Source: an uncultured Bacteroides sp. (lineage in GTDB: Bacteria; Bacteroidota; Bacteroidia; Bacteroidales; Muribaculaceae). Taken from it: DNA of 64,000 nt. Where the stretch lies: the NCBI GenBank assembly GCA_964461785.1, contig CAYWWE010000002.1, forward strand, positions 3,609 through 67,608. The letters run 5' to 3'. Within the stretch, counting starts at the first letter, position 1. Each line of letters starts with the position of its first letter. The position numbers were made by a program, and so were the translations under genes. Shown here piece by piece: positions 55,908 to 64,000 of the stretch. A model generated the notes under the pieces. The model was not told the origin of the DNA. It saw nothing but the letters and a program-made list of their open reading frames with translations, and made no database searches.

Positions 55908-56561
55908 ATGAATAGGAACTTTTTGATGGCGATCATGCTGGTCATGACTTCGTTTTGCGGGACGGCTCAGACTCTGGAAAAAATGAACTGGTTTAACGAG
56001 CCGCAGCAATGGAGCATCGCCGACGGTAAGCTGACAATGGATGTGACGCCCAAGAGCGACTACTGGCGGATATCGCACTACGGGTTTACGGTCGATGACG
56101 CGCCTTTTTATTACGCCGAATATGGAGGCGAGTTTGAGGCCAAGGTTAAGGTGTCGGGCGACTATAAGGTGCGTTTCGATCAAGCCGGCATGATGATCCG
56201 CATTGATCATGAGAACTATATCAAGACCGGCATTGAATATGTCGACGGTAAGTATAATCTCAGCACAGTTGTGACCCATCACACTTCCGACTGGAGCGTT
56301 ATCGCTCTCGACCGTCCGGTTGAGGCAATCTGGATCAAGGCTGTGCGCCGCCTCGATGCGATTGAGATTTTCTACTCCTTCGACGATAAGGAATATGTGA
56401 TGATGCGCAATGCATGGATGGAGGCCAACCGCCCGGTGAAGATCGGGATGATGGCTGCCTGTCCCGACGGTGATGGGTTTAAGGTGACATTCTCAGACTT
56501 CAAGGTAACGCATCTTCCGGACAAGGTCAGGACCGAATGGCTCCGCAACAATGCGGAATGA
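55908..56561 (+). CDS. DUF1349 (concanavalin-like) protein
   Basis: Signal peptide, WFNEP, DYWRISHYGF, FDQAG, DWS. Confidence 0.88.
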   Translation: MNRNFLMAIMLVMTSFCGTAQTLEKMNWFNEPQQWSIADGKLTMDVTPKSDYWRISHYGFTVDDAPFYYAEYGGEFEAKVKVSGDYKVRFDQAGMMIRIDHENYIKTGIEYVDGKYNLSTVVTHHTSDWSVIALDRPVEAIWIKAVRRLDAIEIFYSFDDKEYVMMRNAWMEANRPVKIGMMAACPDGDGFKVTFSDFKVTHLPDKVRTEWLRNNAE

Positions 56562-56639
56562 ATCATACCGTAACGATCTATAATGATACTGTTTAGCTTC
56601 CATGCTCAGGCGGAGGAGTGTTATTAGACAAAGCAGAAT

Positions 56640-57986
56640 ATGAGAAAAAGCATCATTTCATTTCTTTTTGTATTCAGTCTTTCAGTGATGATTCCATGCG
56701 CAAAGGCTGATACCACTCCAGAGGAGAGAGTTTACATCCTTTCAACGGTCTGGAGAAATGTGCGGGACAACTTTGCGTTTCCTCAACATTTTGAGCAGGC
56801 ACCGCCCGACAGCTTGTATCAGGCTTTTTTGCCTAAGGTGATGAATGCCGACAGCGAACAAGTGTTTTCTCGCCTAATGACTGAATTTCTCGCTAAATTC
56901 GGTGATGCCCATACTCGTTTCATTGCCGACACCCCTACAGCATCCGTGCCGATTCAATTTATTGGACTCAATAATATAATCTATGTCAAGAATATCGGCA
57001 AACAATTTGCTAACAGGATACATGTTGGCAGTCAACTCGTGAAGATTGATGATGTGCCGGTTGCAGATTTCCTTGAAGCGAATATCTACCCATATATTTC
57101 AGCATCCAACGCTGATTGGAAATTTCGTAAGTCATTGGATTCATTTCTCAATGGAGAGATCGGCACAGAAGTTAGTCTGGAATTTTTCACGCCTGAACAC
57201 AAGTCGGAGCTTGTTACTTTCAACCGCATAGATGCTCAGAGTATGGAGCCCGATGAATGGTACACTCCAGTAGATGGAAGGGTTGCCTATGTTGAAGAGC
57301 TTCCGGGTAATATCGCATATATGCGAATGTCGGATTTCACTAAGCCGGCTGAAGTCAATCAGGTTTTCAACGAGCATTTGTCTAAGTTTCGCGAGGCAAG
57401 GGGTGTAATTTTTGATATAAGAGGCAACCGCGGAGGAACAGATGAGAGTTGGAATCCTACATTTATTGAATACATTGCTCCTGCTGATAAAGACCTGAAT
57501 AAAGCCCTCATTATAAAATGTCGGGTTGCCAACGCAGCTTTTGAGGAATATGGCAGTCAGATTCCTCAGCTTAAAGATTATGCAAGCGAGACCGCAATGG
57601 AAGTTGTGCGCACAGGCAGCAGTTATTTCAGTCAAACGCCCGATTCTCTGAAAATCAAAAGCCCGGTTGTGGTGTTGATCGATGGTTATACCGGTTCTGC
57701 AGCCGAAGATTTTGCTGTAACAATGAAAAATCTGGGATTAGCTACATTGGTAGGCACTCATACTGTTGGCGTAATCTCACATCCTCGGGTCTATCAGTTG
57801 CCTCATGGCTATAAGTATATTTTATCCACCTGGGCTTTCTTAAATCCGGATAATACTAATATCATAGAGACAGGTATAATTCCGGATGTAGAGGTCGAAT
57901 ACACCGTCAGGGACTTGATCAGTGGTAAGGACTCTCAACTGATTGGAGCCGTAGAGACATTGCAGCAACACAAAAGTAGGAGATAA
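56640..57986 (+). CDS. Secreted S41 family peptidase
   Basis: Signal peptide, GDAHT, PDZ-like segment, DIRGNRGG, TGSAAEDF (Ser), GIIPDVEV. Confidence 0.9.
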   Translation: MRKSIISFLFVFSLSVMIPCAKADTTPEERVYILSTVWRNVRDNFAFPQHFEQAPPDSLYQAFLPKVMNADSEQVFSRLMTEFLAKFGDAHTRFIADTPTASVPIQFIGLNNIIYVKNIGKQFANRIHVGSQLVKIDDVPVADFLEANIYPYISASNADWKFRKSLDSFLNGEIGTEVSLEFFTPEHKSELVTFNRIDAQSMEPDEWYTPVDGRVAYVEELPGNIAYMRMSDFTKPAEVNQVFNEHLSKFREARGVIFDIRGNRGGTDESWNPTFIEYIAPADKDLNKALIIKCRVANAAFEEYGSQIPQLKDYASETAMEVVRTGSSYFSQTPDSLKIKSPVVVLIDGYTGSAAEDFAVTMKNLGLATLVGTHTVGVISHPRVYQLPHGYKYILSTWAFLNPDNTNIIETGIIPDVEVEYTVRDLISGKDSQLIGAVETLQQHKSRR

Positions 57987-58040
57987 ACACCTGCTAACAG
58001 GGTTTACCTCCTACTTCAATAGGATCGTAAGAAAAAGAGG

Positions 58041-58370
58041 TCAGAGAGCGAGGAGCTTCTCTACATTGGTGCGGAGGGTATCGATGTTCTGCGAGCCGGC
58101 GAGGCGGAGATCCTTAACCTGCTTGCCGTTTTTGAAGAAGAGGAAAGCGGGGATCGACATGATGCGGCACTCGGTGGCGAGCTCGCTCTGCTCGTCGATG
58201 TTATACTTGCCGATCACAATATCTTTATCGGCATATTCATCGGCGAGCTGACTGAAGATGGGTGACATGCCCATGCAGGGGCCACACCAGGTGGCCCAGA
58301 AGTCGATCACAACGGCTTTGCCTGATTCGATGGCCTCCTTGACGGTGGCGTCGGTAAATTCTATTGCCAT
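58041..58370 (-). CDS. trxA: Thioredoxin
   Basis: DFWATWCGPC, SIPAFLFFKNG. Confidence 0.95.
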   Translation of the reverse strand: MAIEFTDATVKEAIESGKAVVIDFWATWCGPCMGMSPIFSQLADEYADKDIVIGKYNIDEQSELATECRIMSIPAFLFFKNGKQVKDLRLAGSQNIDTLRTNVEKLLAL

Positions 58371-58411
58371 GATTGTCTTTTGGATTATGGTATTTAGGTT
58401 TGGTTAGTTAG

Positions 58412-61400
58412 TCATAGGGTATTGGTGTCGATTGAGTATTCGACATCCATCTCTTTGAGGGTCTCTGTAAGCTGGCGGGAAAGGACAACTCTCTGCTGGC
58501 TGGTGAGAGTGAGCCAGCGACGGCTACGCGGTTCGAGCAGCTTGAGTGTAAGTGTCCCGATGGGGTTTTCTATCGAGTTGTCGTCGGTGCGCTGGCCGGT
58601 GCGCTTAATTGCATCGGCAATGATTCCATGGAGCGTGTCGTCGATCTGGTCGGGCGCGAGGCGGATGGTGATTCCCGTACACAGTTTGCCCCTCACATCC
58701 TCAAGAGGCTGGATTGAGCTGATATTGAAGCGAAGCTCCTGTGAGTTGAATCGGCGGCCGTAGCTGCCGCGGATGAGGAGCTTGGTGCCGACTTCACAGT
58801 ATGGAGAGTAGGTGTAGAAGTCGCGACCGAAGAGTGCAAATTCATGTACGCCTGTAAAGTCCTCGACCTTGATGCGTCCGAACGGTTCGCCTTTGCGTGT
58901 AGTGGCTTTTTCAAATTTGACCACCATTCCGCCAAATGCCATCGGAACACCTTCGGCCTGCACTGCATCCTCGTCGCTGAAATGTTTTAGTGGCAGACAA
59001 CCGAAGTTCAGGTCCATATAATATGGATCCAGAGGATGAGCCGAGAGATAGAGACCGACGAGATCACGCTCCTGATCGAGGCGGTAAGCATCGGTCCAGG
59101 GTGTGGAGATCGGTATCTGCGGTCGGCCCGCTGTTGAGCTGAAAGTATCGTCGTCGCCGAAAAGGCTCATGCTCTGGGCCTGACGGTCTGACTGGAACAG
59201 TTGTCCGTAGCGGATGATTGCCTCAGTGAAGGTCTCGCCTTTGGGCATGGGTGTGAAGAATGTCTCACGCCTTATATCGGGGCTGAAACAGTCAAAAGCG
59301 CCAGCCAGTGCAAGGGCCTCGAATATGCGTCGGTTGAGAGTGCCGGCCGGGATTCTTTCTACAAAATCATAGATCGAGGTAAACGGCCCGCCTTGGTCGC
59401 GAACTTTGATGATCTCGTTGACCACGCTTTCGCCTACTCCTTTTATAGCTGCCAGTCCGAAACGGATGTCACCCTTGCTGTTTACGCCGAATGAGACAAA
59501 CGATTCGTTGACATCCGGACCCTTGACGGGAATACGCATTTTCTTGCACTCTTCCATGAAGCCGGTGAGTTTGGTGGTGTCGCCCATATTGCGGGTTAGG
59601 ACGGCAGCCATGTATTCGGCTGGATAGTTGGCCTTTAGATACGCAGTCTGGTAGGCTACCCAAGAGTAGCAGGTGGCATGGCTCTTGTTGAAGGCATAGG
59701 AGGCAAACTTCTCCCAGTCGGCCCATATCTTTTCGAGCACCTTCGGGTCGTGGCCGTTGGCCTGACCGCCGCTGAGAAATTTTGCCTTCAGGGCCTGCAT
59801 CTTATCGATGAGTTTCTTACCCATTGCCTTACGGAGGGTATCGCTCTCGCCTCGTGTGAAATTGGCCAGCAGACGCGACAGCAGCATGACCTGCTCCTGA
59901 TAAACGGTCACTCCGTATGTGTCCTTCAGATAGGTCTCCATCTCCGGGATGTCATAGACTATAGGACTTCGGCCATGCTTGCGGGCAATGAAGTCGGGGA
60001 TATAGTCCATAGGCCCGGGACGATAGAGGGCGTTCATCGCGATGAGGTCCTCGAAGGTGGAGGGCTGCAACTCGCGGAGATATTTCTGCATTCCGGCCGA
60101 CTCAAACTGGAATGTGCCGGTGGTGCGTCCTTCGCAGTAAAGCCGATAGGTGGCCTTATCATCGATGGGAATTGTGTCAGTGTCGATGTCGATGCCCCGG
60201 GTCCGCTTGATGTTTGCTACGGCTTCCTTCAGGATCGACAATGTTTTCAGACCGAGAAAGTCCATCTTGATCAGTCCGGTCTCCTCGATCACTGATCCCT
60301 CATATTGGGTAACGATAATCTTGTCTTTATCGCCTGAGGCTTTGTCGATGGCTGTTGAAACGGGCACCCAATCGGTTATGGCATCGCGGCAGATTATGAC
60401 TCCGCAGGCATGGACGCCGGTGTTGCGCATGTTGCCTTCGAGCTCTTTGGCATATTTAAGGGTCTCACGGATGAGAGGATTGCTGCTCTTGAGCTCCGCG
60501 TCAAATTCGGGAACGTATTGGTAGATATTGCTCAGTGTCGGCTTGAGTTCTTTACCGTTGACCTGAGGCATTCGCTTGGGAATGAGCTTGGTCAGGCGAT
60601 CGCTCTCGCTGAGGGGAAGCTGCTCTACGCGCGCCACATCCTTGATGGCGCTTTTGGCGGCCATCGTGCCGTAGGTGATGATGTGGGCCACCTTTTCCTC
60701 GCCGTATTTCTGAGTGACATAGCGCAGGACGATGGCGCGGCCATCGTCGTCGAAGTCAATGTCAATATCTGGCAGGGAGATGCGGTCGGGGTTCAGGAAG
60801 CGCTCGAAAAGAAGATCATATTTGATGGGGTCGATCTGCGTGATGCCGAGACAGTAGGCAACGCAGCTGCCGGCTGCCGATCCACGACCCGGGCCGACAC
60901 TGACACCGAGCTGGTGGCGGGCTGCATTGATGAAGTCCTGCACAATCAGGAAGTAGCCGGGGAAACCCATTGTCTTCATGATGTGGAGCTCAAACTTGAT
61001 CCGCTCCTGAAGCTCGGGTGTTAGTGGGTTGCCGTAACGCCTTTCCGCTCCTTCGTAGGCCAGTTTTGACAGATAGTCGGCCTCAAACTTTATGCGGTAG
61101 AGCTTATCGTAGCCACCGAGCTTATCGATTTTCTTGCGGGCATCTTCTTCGCTCATCACCACATTGCCGTTTTCGTCGCGCGTAAATTCGTTGAAAAGAT
61201 CTTCTTCGGTGAAGCGCTTGCGATATTCTTCTTCCGAACCGAATTCGGCAGGGATCTCGAAAAACGGCATTATCGGACCGTGGTCAATCGAGTAGGTCTC
61301 TACTTTATCAAGGATTTCAAGCGTGTTGGAGAGAGCTTCGGGGATGTCAGAGAAAATCTCGTTCATCTCGGCAGTGGTCTTCATCCATTCCTGCTTGGTA

Positions 61401-62257
61401 TAGTGCATACGCTTCTCGTCGGTGAAGTATGAGCCGGTGGAGATGCAGATGAGGCGGTCGTGAGCTTCGGCATCCTCTGCATTGACAAAGTGTACGTCGT
61501 TGGTGGCTATCAGCTTGATGTCCAGCTCGCGGGCTATGCGGATGAGCTCGGCGTTCACAATCTTCTGTGTCTCATACACGTCTCGCGGGCCGAGAGGATC
61601 GGTGCAGCGGTGGCGTTGGAGCTCGATGTAATAGTCGTCGCCGAAGGTTTCTTTCCACCATCGCGCCGATTCCATAGCAGCTTCGATATTGCCCGAAGCG
61701 ATTAGGCGCGGCAATTCACCGCCCAGACAAGCCGAAGCGATGATCAGGCCCTCGCGGTGGGCGGCCAGCTGCTGCTTGTCTGTGCGGGGATGCGAGTAAA
61801 AACCTTCGGTAAAGGCTTGGCTGACAAGTTTTATAAGATTTTTGTAGCCTGTCTGATTCTTTGCAAGGACAATGAGGTGGCGGCCTGTGTCGCGCTTGTC
61901 CGTCTGCTCGTGAAGATCTTTATTTGCCACATACATCTCGCAGCCGAATATGGGCTTGAATATTTTTTTTCGGAGCGCATCGGCTTCAGCCTCGGCGGCT
62001 GTGGCTGCTTCCGTGTCACCGGCTGAGCGGGCTTCGGAGGCGCGGGCTTCGGCATCTTTTATGGCACCCTTTGTCTTACCGTTCTTCTTGTTGACTGTGT
62101 TGAAAAACTCTTTTATGCCAAACATATTGCCGTGGTCGGTTATGGCAAGACCCGGCATTCCGTCGGCCATGGCTTTGTCTATCAGATTTGATATGGATGC
62201 CTGGCCGTCGAGCAGAGAGTATTGAGTATGTACGTGGAGATGAACAAATGGTGTCAT
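58412..62257 (-). CDS. dnaE: DNA polymerase III alpha subunit
   Basis: FVHLHVHTQYSLLDG, GRGSAAGS, PDIDIDF, KMDFLGL, FNKSHA. Confidence 0.99.
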   Translation of the reverse strand: MTPFVHLHVHTQYSLLDGQASISNLIDKAMADGMPGLAITDHGNMFGIKEFFNTVNKKNGKTKGAIKDAEARASEARSAGDTEAATAAEAEADALRKKIFKPIFGCEMYVANKDLHEQTDKRDTGRHLIVLAKNQTGYKNLIKLVSQAFTEGFYSHPRTDKQQLAAHREGLIIASACLGGELPRLIASGNIEAAMESARWWKETFGDDYYIELQRHRCTDPLGPRDVYETQKIVNAELIRIARELDIKLIATNDVHFVNAEDAEAHDRLICISTGSYFTDEKRMHYTKQEWMKTTAEMNEIFSDIPEALSNTLEILDKVETYSIDHGPIMPFFEIPAEFGSEEEYRKRFTEEDLFNEFTRDENGNVVMSEEDARKKIDKLGGYDKLYRIKFEADYLSKLAYEGAERRYGNPLTPELQERIKFELHIMKTMGFPGYFLIVQDFINAARHQLGVSVGPGRGSAAGSCVAYCLGITQIDPIKYDLLFERFLNPDRISLPDIDIDFDDDGRAIVLRYVTQKYGEEKVAHIITYGTMAAKSAIKDVARVEQLPLSESDRLTKLIPKRMPQVNGKELKPTLSNIYQYVPEFDAELKSSNPLIRETLKYAKELEGNMRNTGVHACGVIICRDAITDWVPVSTAIDKASGDKDKIIVTQYEGSVIEETGLIKMDFLGLKTLSILKEAVANIKRTRGIDIDTDTIPIDDKATYRLYCEGRTTGTFQFESAGMQKYLRELQPSTFEDLIAMNALYRPGPMDYIPDFIARKHGRSPIVYDIPEMETYLKDTYGVTVYQEQVMLLSRLLANFTRGESDTLRKAMGKKLIDKMQALKAKFLSGGQANGHDPKVLEKIWADWEKFASYAFNKSHATCYSWVAYQTAYLKANYPAEYMAAVLTRNMGDTTKLTGFMEECKKMRIPVKGPDVNESFVSFGVNSKGDIRFGLAAIKGVGESVVNEIIKVRDQGGPFTSIYDFVERIPAGTLNRRIFEALALAGAFDCFSPDIRRETFFTPMPKGETFTEAIIRYGQLFQSDRQAQSMSLFGDDDTFSSTAGRPQIPISTPWTDAYRLDQERDLVGLYLSAHPLDPYYMDLNFGCLPLKHFSDEDAVQAEGVPMAFGGMVVKFEKATTRKGEPFGRIKVEDFTGVHEFALFGRDFYTYSPYCEVGTKLLIRGSYGRRFNSQELRFNISSIQPLEDVRGKLCTGITIRLAPDQIDDTLHGIIADAIKRTGQRTDDNSIENPIGTLTLKLLEPRSRRWLTLTSQQRVVLSRQLTETLKEMDVEYSIDTNTL

Positions 62258-62274
62258 TGCGGGGGGAGATAAAA

Positions 62275-62311
62275 GGGGTCGGTCAACGCAGCCTGTGCGT
62301 TAGCCGACCCC
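62275..62311 (-). terminator. Terminator upstream of dnaE
   Basis: ggggtcgg...ccgacccc stem with inner aacgca/tgcgtt, tttt tail. Confidence 0.7.
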
Positions 62312-62358
62312 AAAATTACTAAAAATTTCCGTCCGCCGCGTTTTTTTAACTCCTCTTA

Positions 62359-63246
62359 TCAATAGAAGAGGATCAGGCCGGTCGAGAGGCTTTTGAAATC
62401 AGGCTGCCCGACACCTCTCAGGACGCTGAGCGGCTGATAGCGGACATAGACCCCGACTTTGCTCGAGACTCCCAGAATACCTATCAGTTCGCATGTCCAC
62501 CGGCGGTGGCCTATTTTATTGTCAGTTACTCTGACCCTGCGCCCTGACTCATCTGTCCACCGGGTAAGGACTGAGCCATGGGGCGAATAGCCGAGTGAGG
62601 CTCCAACGGCGATCCACTGCCGCTCTCCGTAGAGCCTGAATGGCATCCTCTGTCTAATCATAAGTGGGAGCGAGAGGGTGAAGGTCTTTATTCGGGAGTA
62701 GCGGGGAGTGACGTCGGCGGTGTAGGGGAGTGTTTCGATTCCTCCGTTGCCGTTGGGTGAAAAGTAGTAGTCGGGCGTCGTGATTTTGTAGTTTTTCCAG
62801 TCCATTCCGATGCCGATGGAGACCGAAGTGAGGCGGGAGAAATCGTATCGGGCGCCTGCGATCTGAAACCAGCCGATTTCCCATGATTTGCCTGCCTCGA
62901 CCGGAGCTGAATGTCCATGCCCTGGAGCAAAATTCCAACCGATATTTAGGGCGCCGGTCTCAAAGTGCCATTTCTGTGATGAGTTAGAATAGGTTTTGGT
63001 GTAATTTGTAACGTGTTCCGACCGGTTTGAATTTATGATGATGGTGCGGTTGCTCACGGGATTAAGTTTTGTGATCGTTGTGTCGCCATCGGTGTCCGTC
63101 AGTTCAAGCAGGGTTGTTCCGTCGGGCATCTCTTTGATTATGATCTTGTCGGACTTTTTGCTAAGCGTTGTATCCTGTTTTTCTTGGCCGTGGCAGGTGA
63201 GGGCAATCAGGATGGAGCAGAAGATAGATAATATATAACGTGTCAT
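62359..63246 (-). CDS. Putative outer-membrane beta-barrel protein
   Basis: Signal peptide, WEIG, FTLSLPL, C-terminal TGLILFY. Confidence 0.7.
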   Translation of the reverse strand: MTRYILSIFCSILIALTCHGQEKQDTTLSKKSDKIIIKEMPDGTTLLELTDTDGDTTITKLNPVSNRTIIINSNRSEHVTNYTKTYSNSSQKWHFETGALNIGWNFAPGHGHSAPVEAGKSWEIGWFQIAGARYDFSRLTSVSIGIGMDWKNYKITTPDYYFSPNGNGGIETLPYTADVTPRYSRIKTFTLSLPLMIRQRMPFRLYGERQWIAVGASLGYSPHGSVLTRWTDESGRRVRVTDNKIGHRRWTCELIGILGVSSKVGVYVRYQPLSVLRGVGQPDFKSLSTGLILFY

Positions 63247-63276
63247 AATGATTCATTTTGTCGTTTGAGAGTCGGT

Positions 63277-64000
63277 TCAGAGCGGTATGGTAGCGCCAAC
63301 GGAGAGGGTCTTGTATTCGGGACCATATCCATCTATCCATTTTTTCATAGGAGAGTAGTTGACATAGACGCCAATGCTGTTGAACCATCCGAGAGCAGCC
63401 TTCATGTCGATAGTTGCAATCCGCTGATGGAGTCCTTTGATGGAATTGCTCACTTTATTGCCATTCTCCATTCTCCAGGATGATGAGGCAGTTGTGTAGG
63501 TGTTGAGGTGCAATTCGCCCGTGAGGGTGAGGCCGAAACTCCGGCTCATGGGCAGCTTCAGGGAGAGCGGCACTGTGAAATGGAAGTTTTTTATGCGGCT
63601 CTTGATCTTTCGGCTACCTTCGGGAGCGGGGACAACCATCAATCTTCCATACATCTTTTCGAGTATGCAGCCACGATCCATATTCAGGATCTCCCATCCA
63701 AATCCGGCTCCGATACTGACCGAGGGATATTTGCTACCGGCGCTCCATTCGCCTCTTACGAAGTTGCTCAGCCCGATTTCCCATCCGGTTTTGACCGGTG
63801 AGTTGCTGCCGAGCGGGATGATGCCTCCGGCATAGAATCCTCTGAAATATTCGGTGTTGACATAGCTTCGACGGTAGCGCCTCGTGTTTGTCGACAACAA
63901 TCGGTTGAGGTTCCATCGTTTCGGCTGGGTGAAGTCGAAGAAGGAGGGGATCGATGAGGCATCGGTGCTCATATCCGACATATCATCATTGTCGATCACT
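63277..64000 (-). CDS. Putative outer-membrane beta-barrel protein, paralogue of neighbour (5'-truncated by window edge)
   Basis: WEIG, FTVPLSL, GVYVNYSP, C-terminal SVGATIPL. Confidence 0.65.
   Translation of the reverse strand, partial: VIDNDDMSDMSTDASSIPSFFDFTQPKRWNLNRLLSTNTRRYRRSYVNTEYFRGFYAGGIIPLGSNSPVKTGWEIGLSNFVRGEWSAGSKYPSVSIGAGFGWEILNMDRGCILEKMYGRLMVVPAPEGSRKIKSRIKNFHFTVPLSLKLPMSRSFGLTLTGELHLNTYTTASSSWRMENGNKVSNSIKGLHQRIATIDMKAALGWFNSIGVYVNYSPMKKWIDGYGPEYKTLSVGATIPL

Noticed and set aside
51009-58040. RiPP/accessory block as a defined mobile element
   Set aside because: No integrase, transposase, tRNA target or terminal direct/inverted repeats were found by eye; horizontal origin remains only an inference.
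58412-62257. Intein or group II intron in the long dnaE
   Set aside because: Continuous frame with no Cys/Ser...His-Asn splice motifs or LAGLIDADG seen; the extra length comes from short helical insertions.
1-64000. CRISPR array, rRNA, known riboswitch
   Set aside because: No regularly spaced repeats, rRNA-like sequence or recognisable riboswitch consensus seen; an Rfam scan was not possible.

Overview
64 kb of a Bacteroidales chromosome. The taxonomy is inferred from TAnnTTTG promoters, lack of Shine-Dalgarno motifs, GC-rich coding and gene order; Muribaculaceae-like is a guess. Most of the window is housekeeping and metabolism: rpsA, ald, prs, carAB, maf-kdsC, tRNA-Glu/rpsT/tRNA-Glu, recO, trxB-lolA-ftsK, rpe, efp, purT, nagA, aguAB, fucIAKUP, sod, trx, dnaE. 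No CRISPR array, integrase, transposase or rRNA was seen. The main discovery is at about 51.0-58.0 kb. A 57-aa Cys-rich peptide gene missed by the ORF track (53142..53315, minus) carries two identical ACGSACGAGE cores. It lies upstream of a radical SAM/SPASM maturase whose stop codon overlaps (ATGA) the start of a Zn-independent quinone-reductase-type MDR enzyme. The unit is divergent from a single-Cys HxlR/DUF24 regulator across an AT-rich spacer with inverted GTAA-type half-sites, and is followed by an MFS exporter and an S41 peptidase. This looks like an ACGX-type RiPP system placed inside a thiol/quinone-stress regulon. Secondary leads are an attenuator-like 270-nt leader before an orphan ORF (37.2-38.0 kb), an HxGH nucleotidyltransferase-GHMP kinase fusion near the fucose operon, a very short CcsBA fusion, and an FkbO/Hyg5-like protein. 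Several CDS starts were corrected relative to the ORF track.
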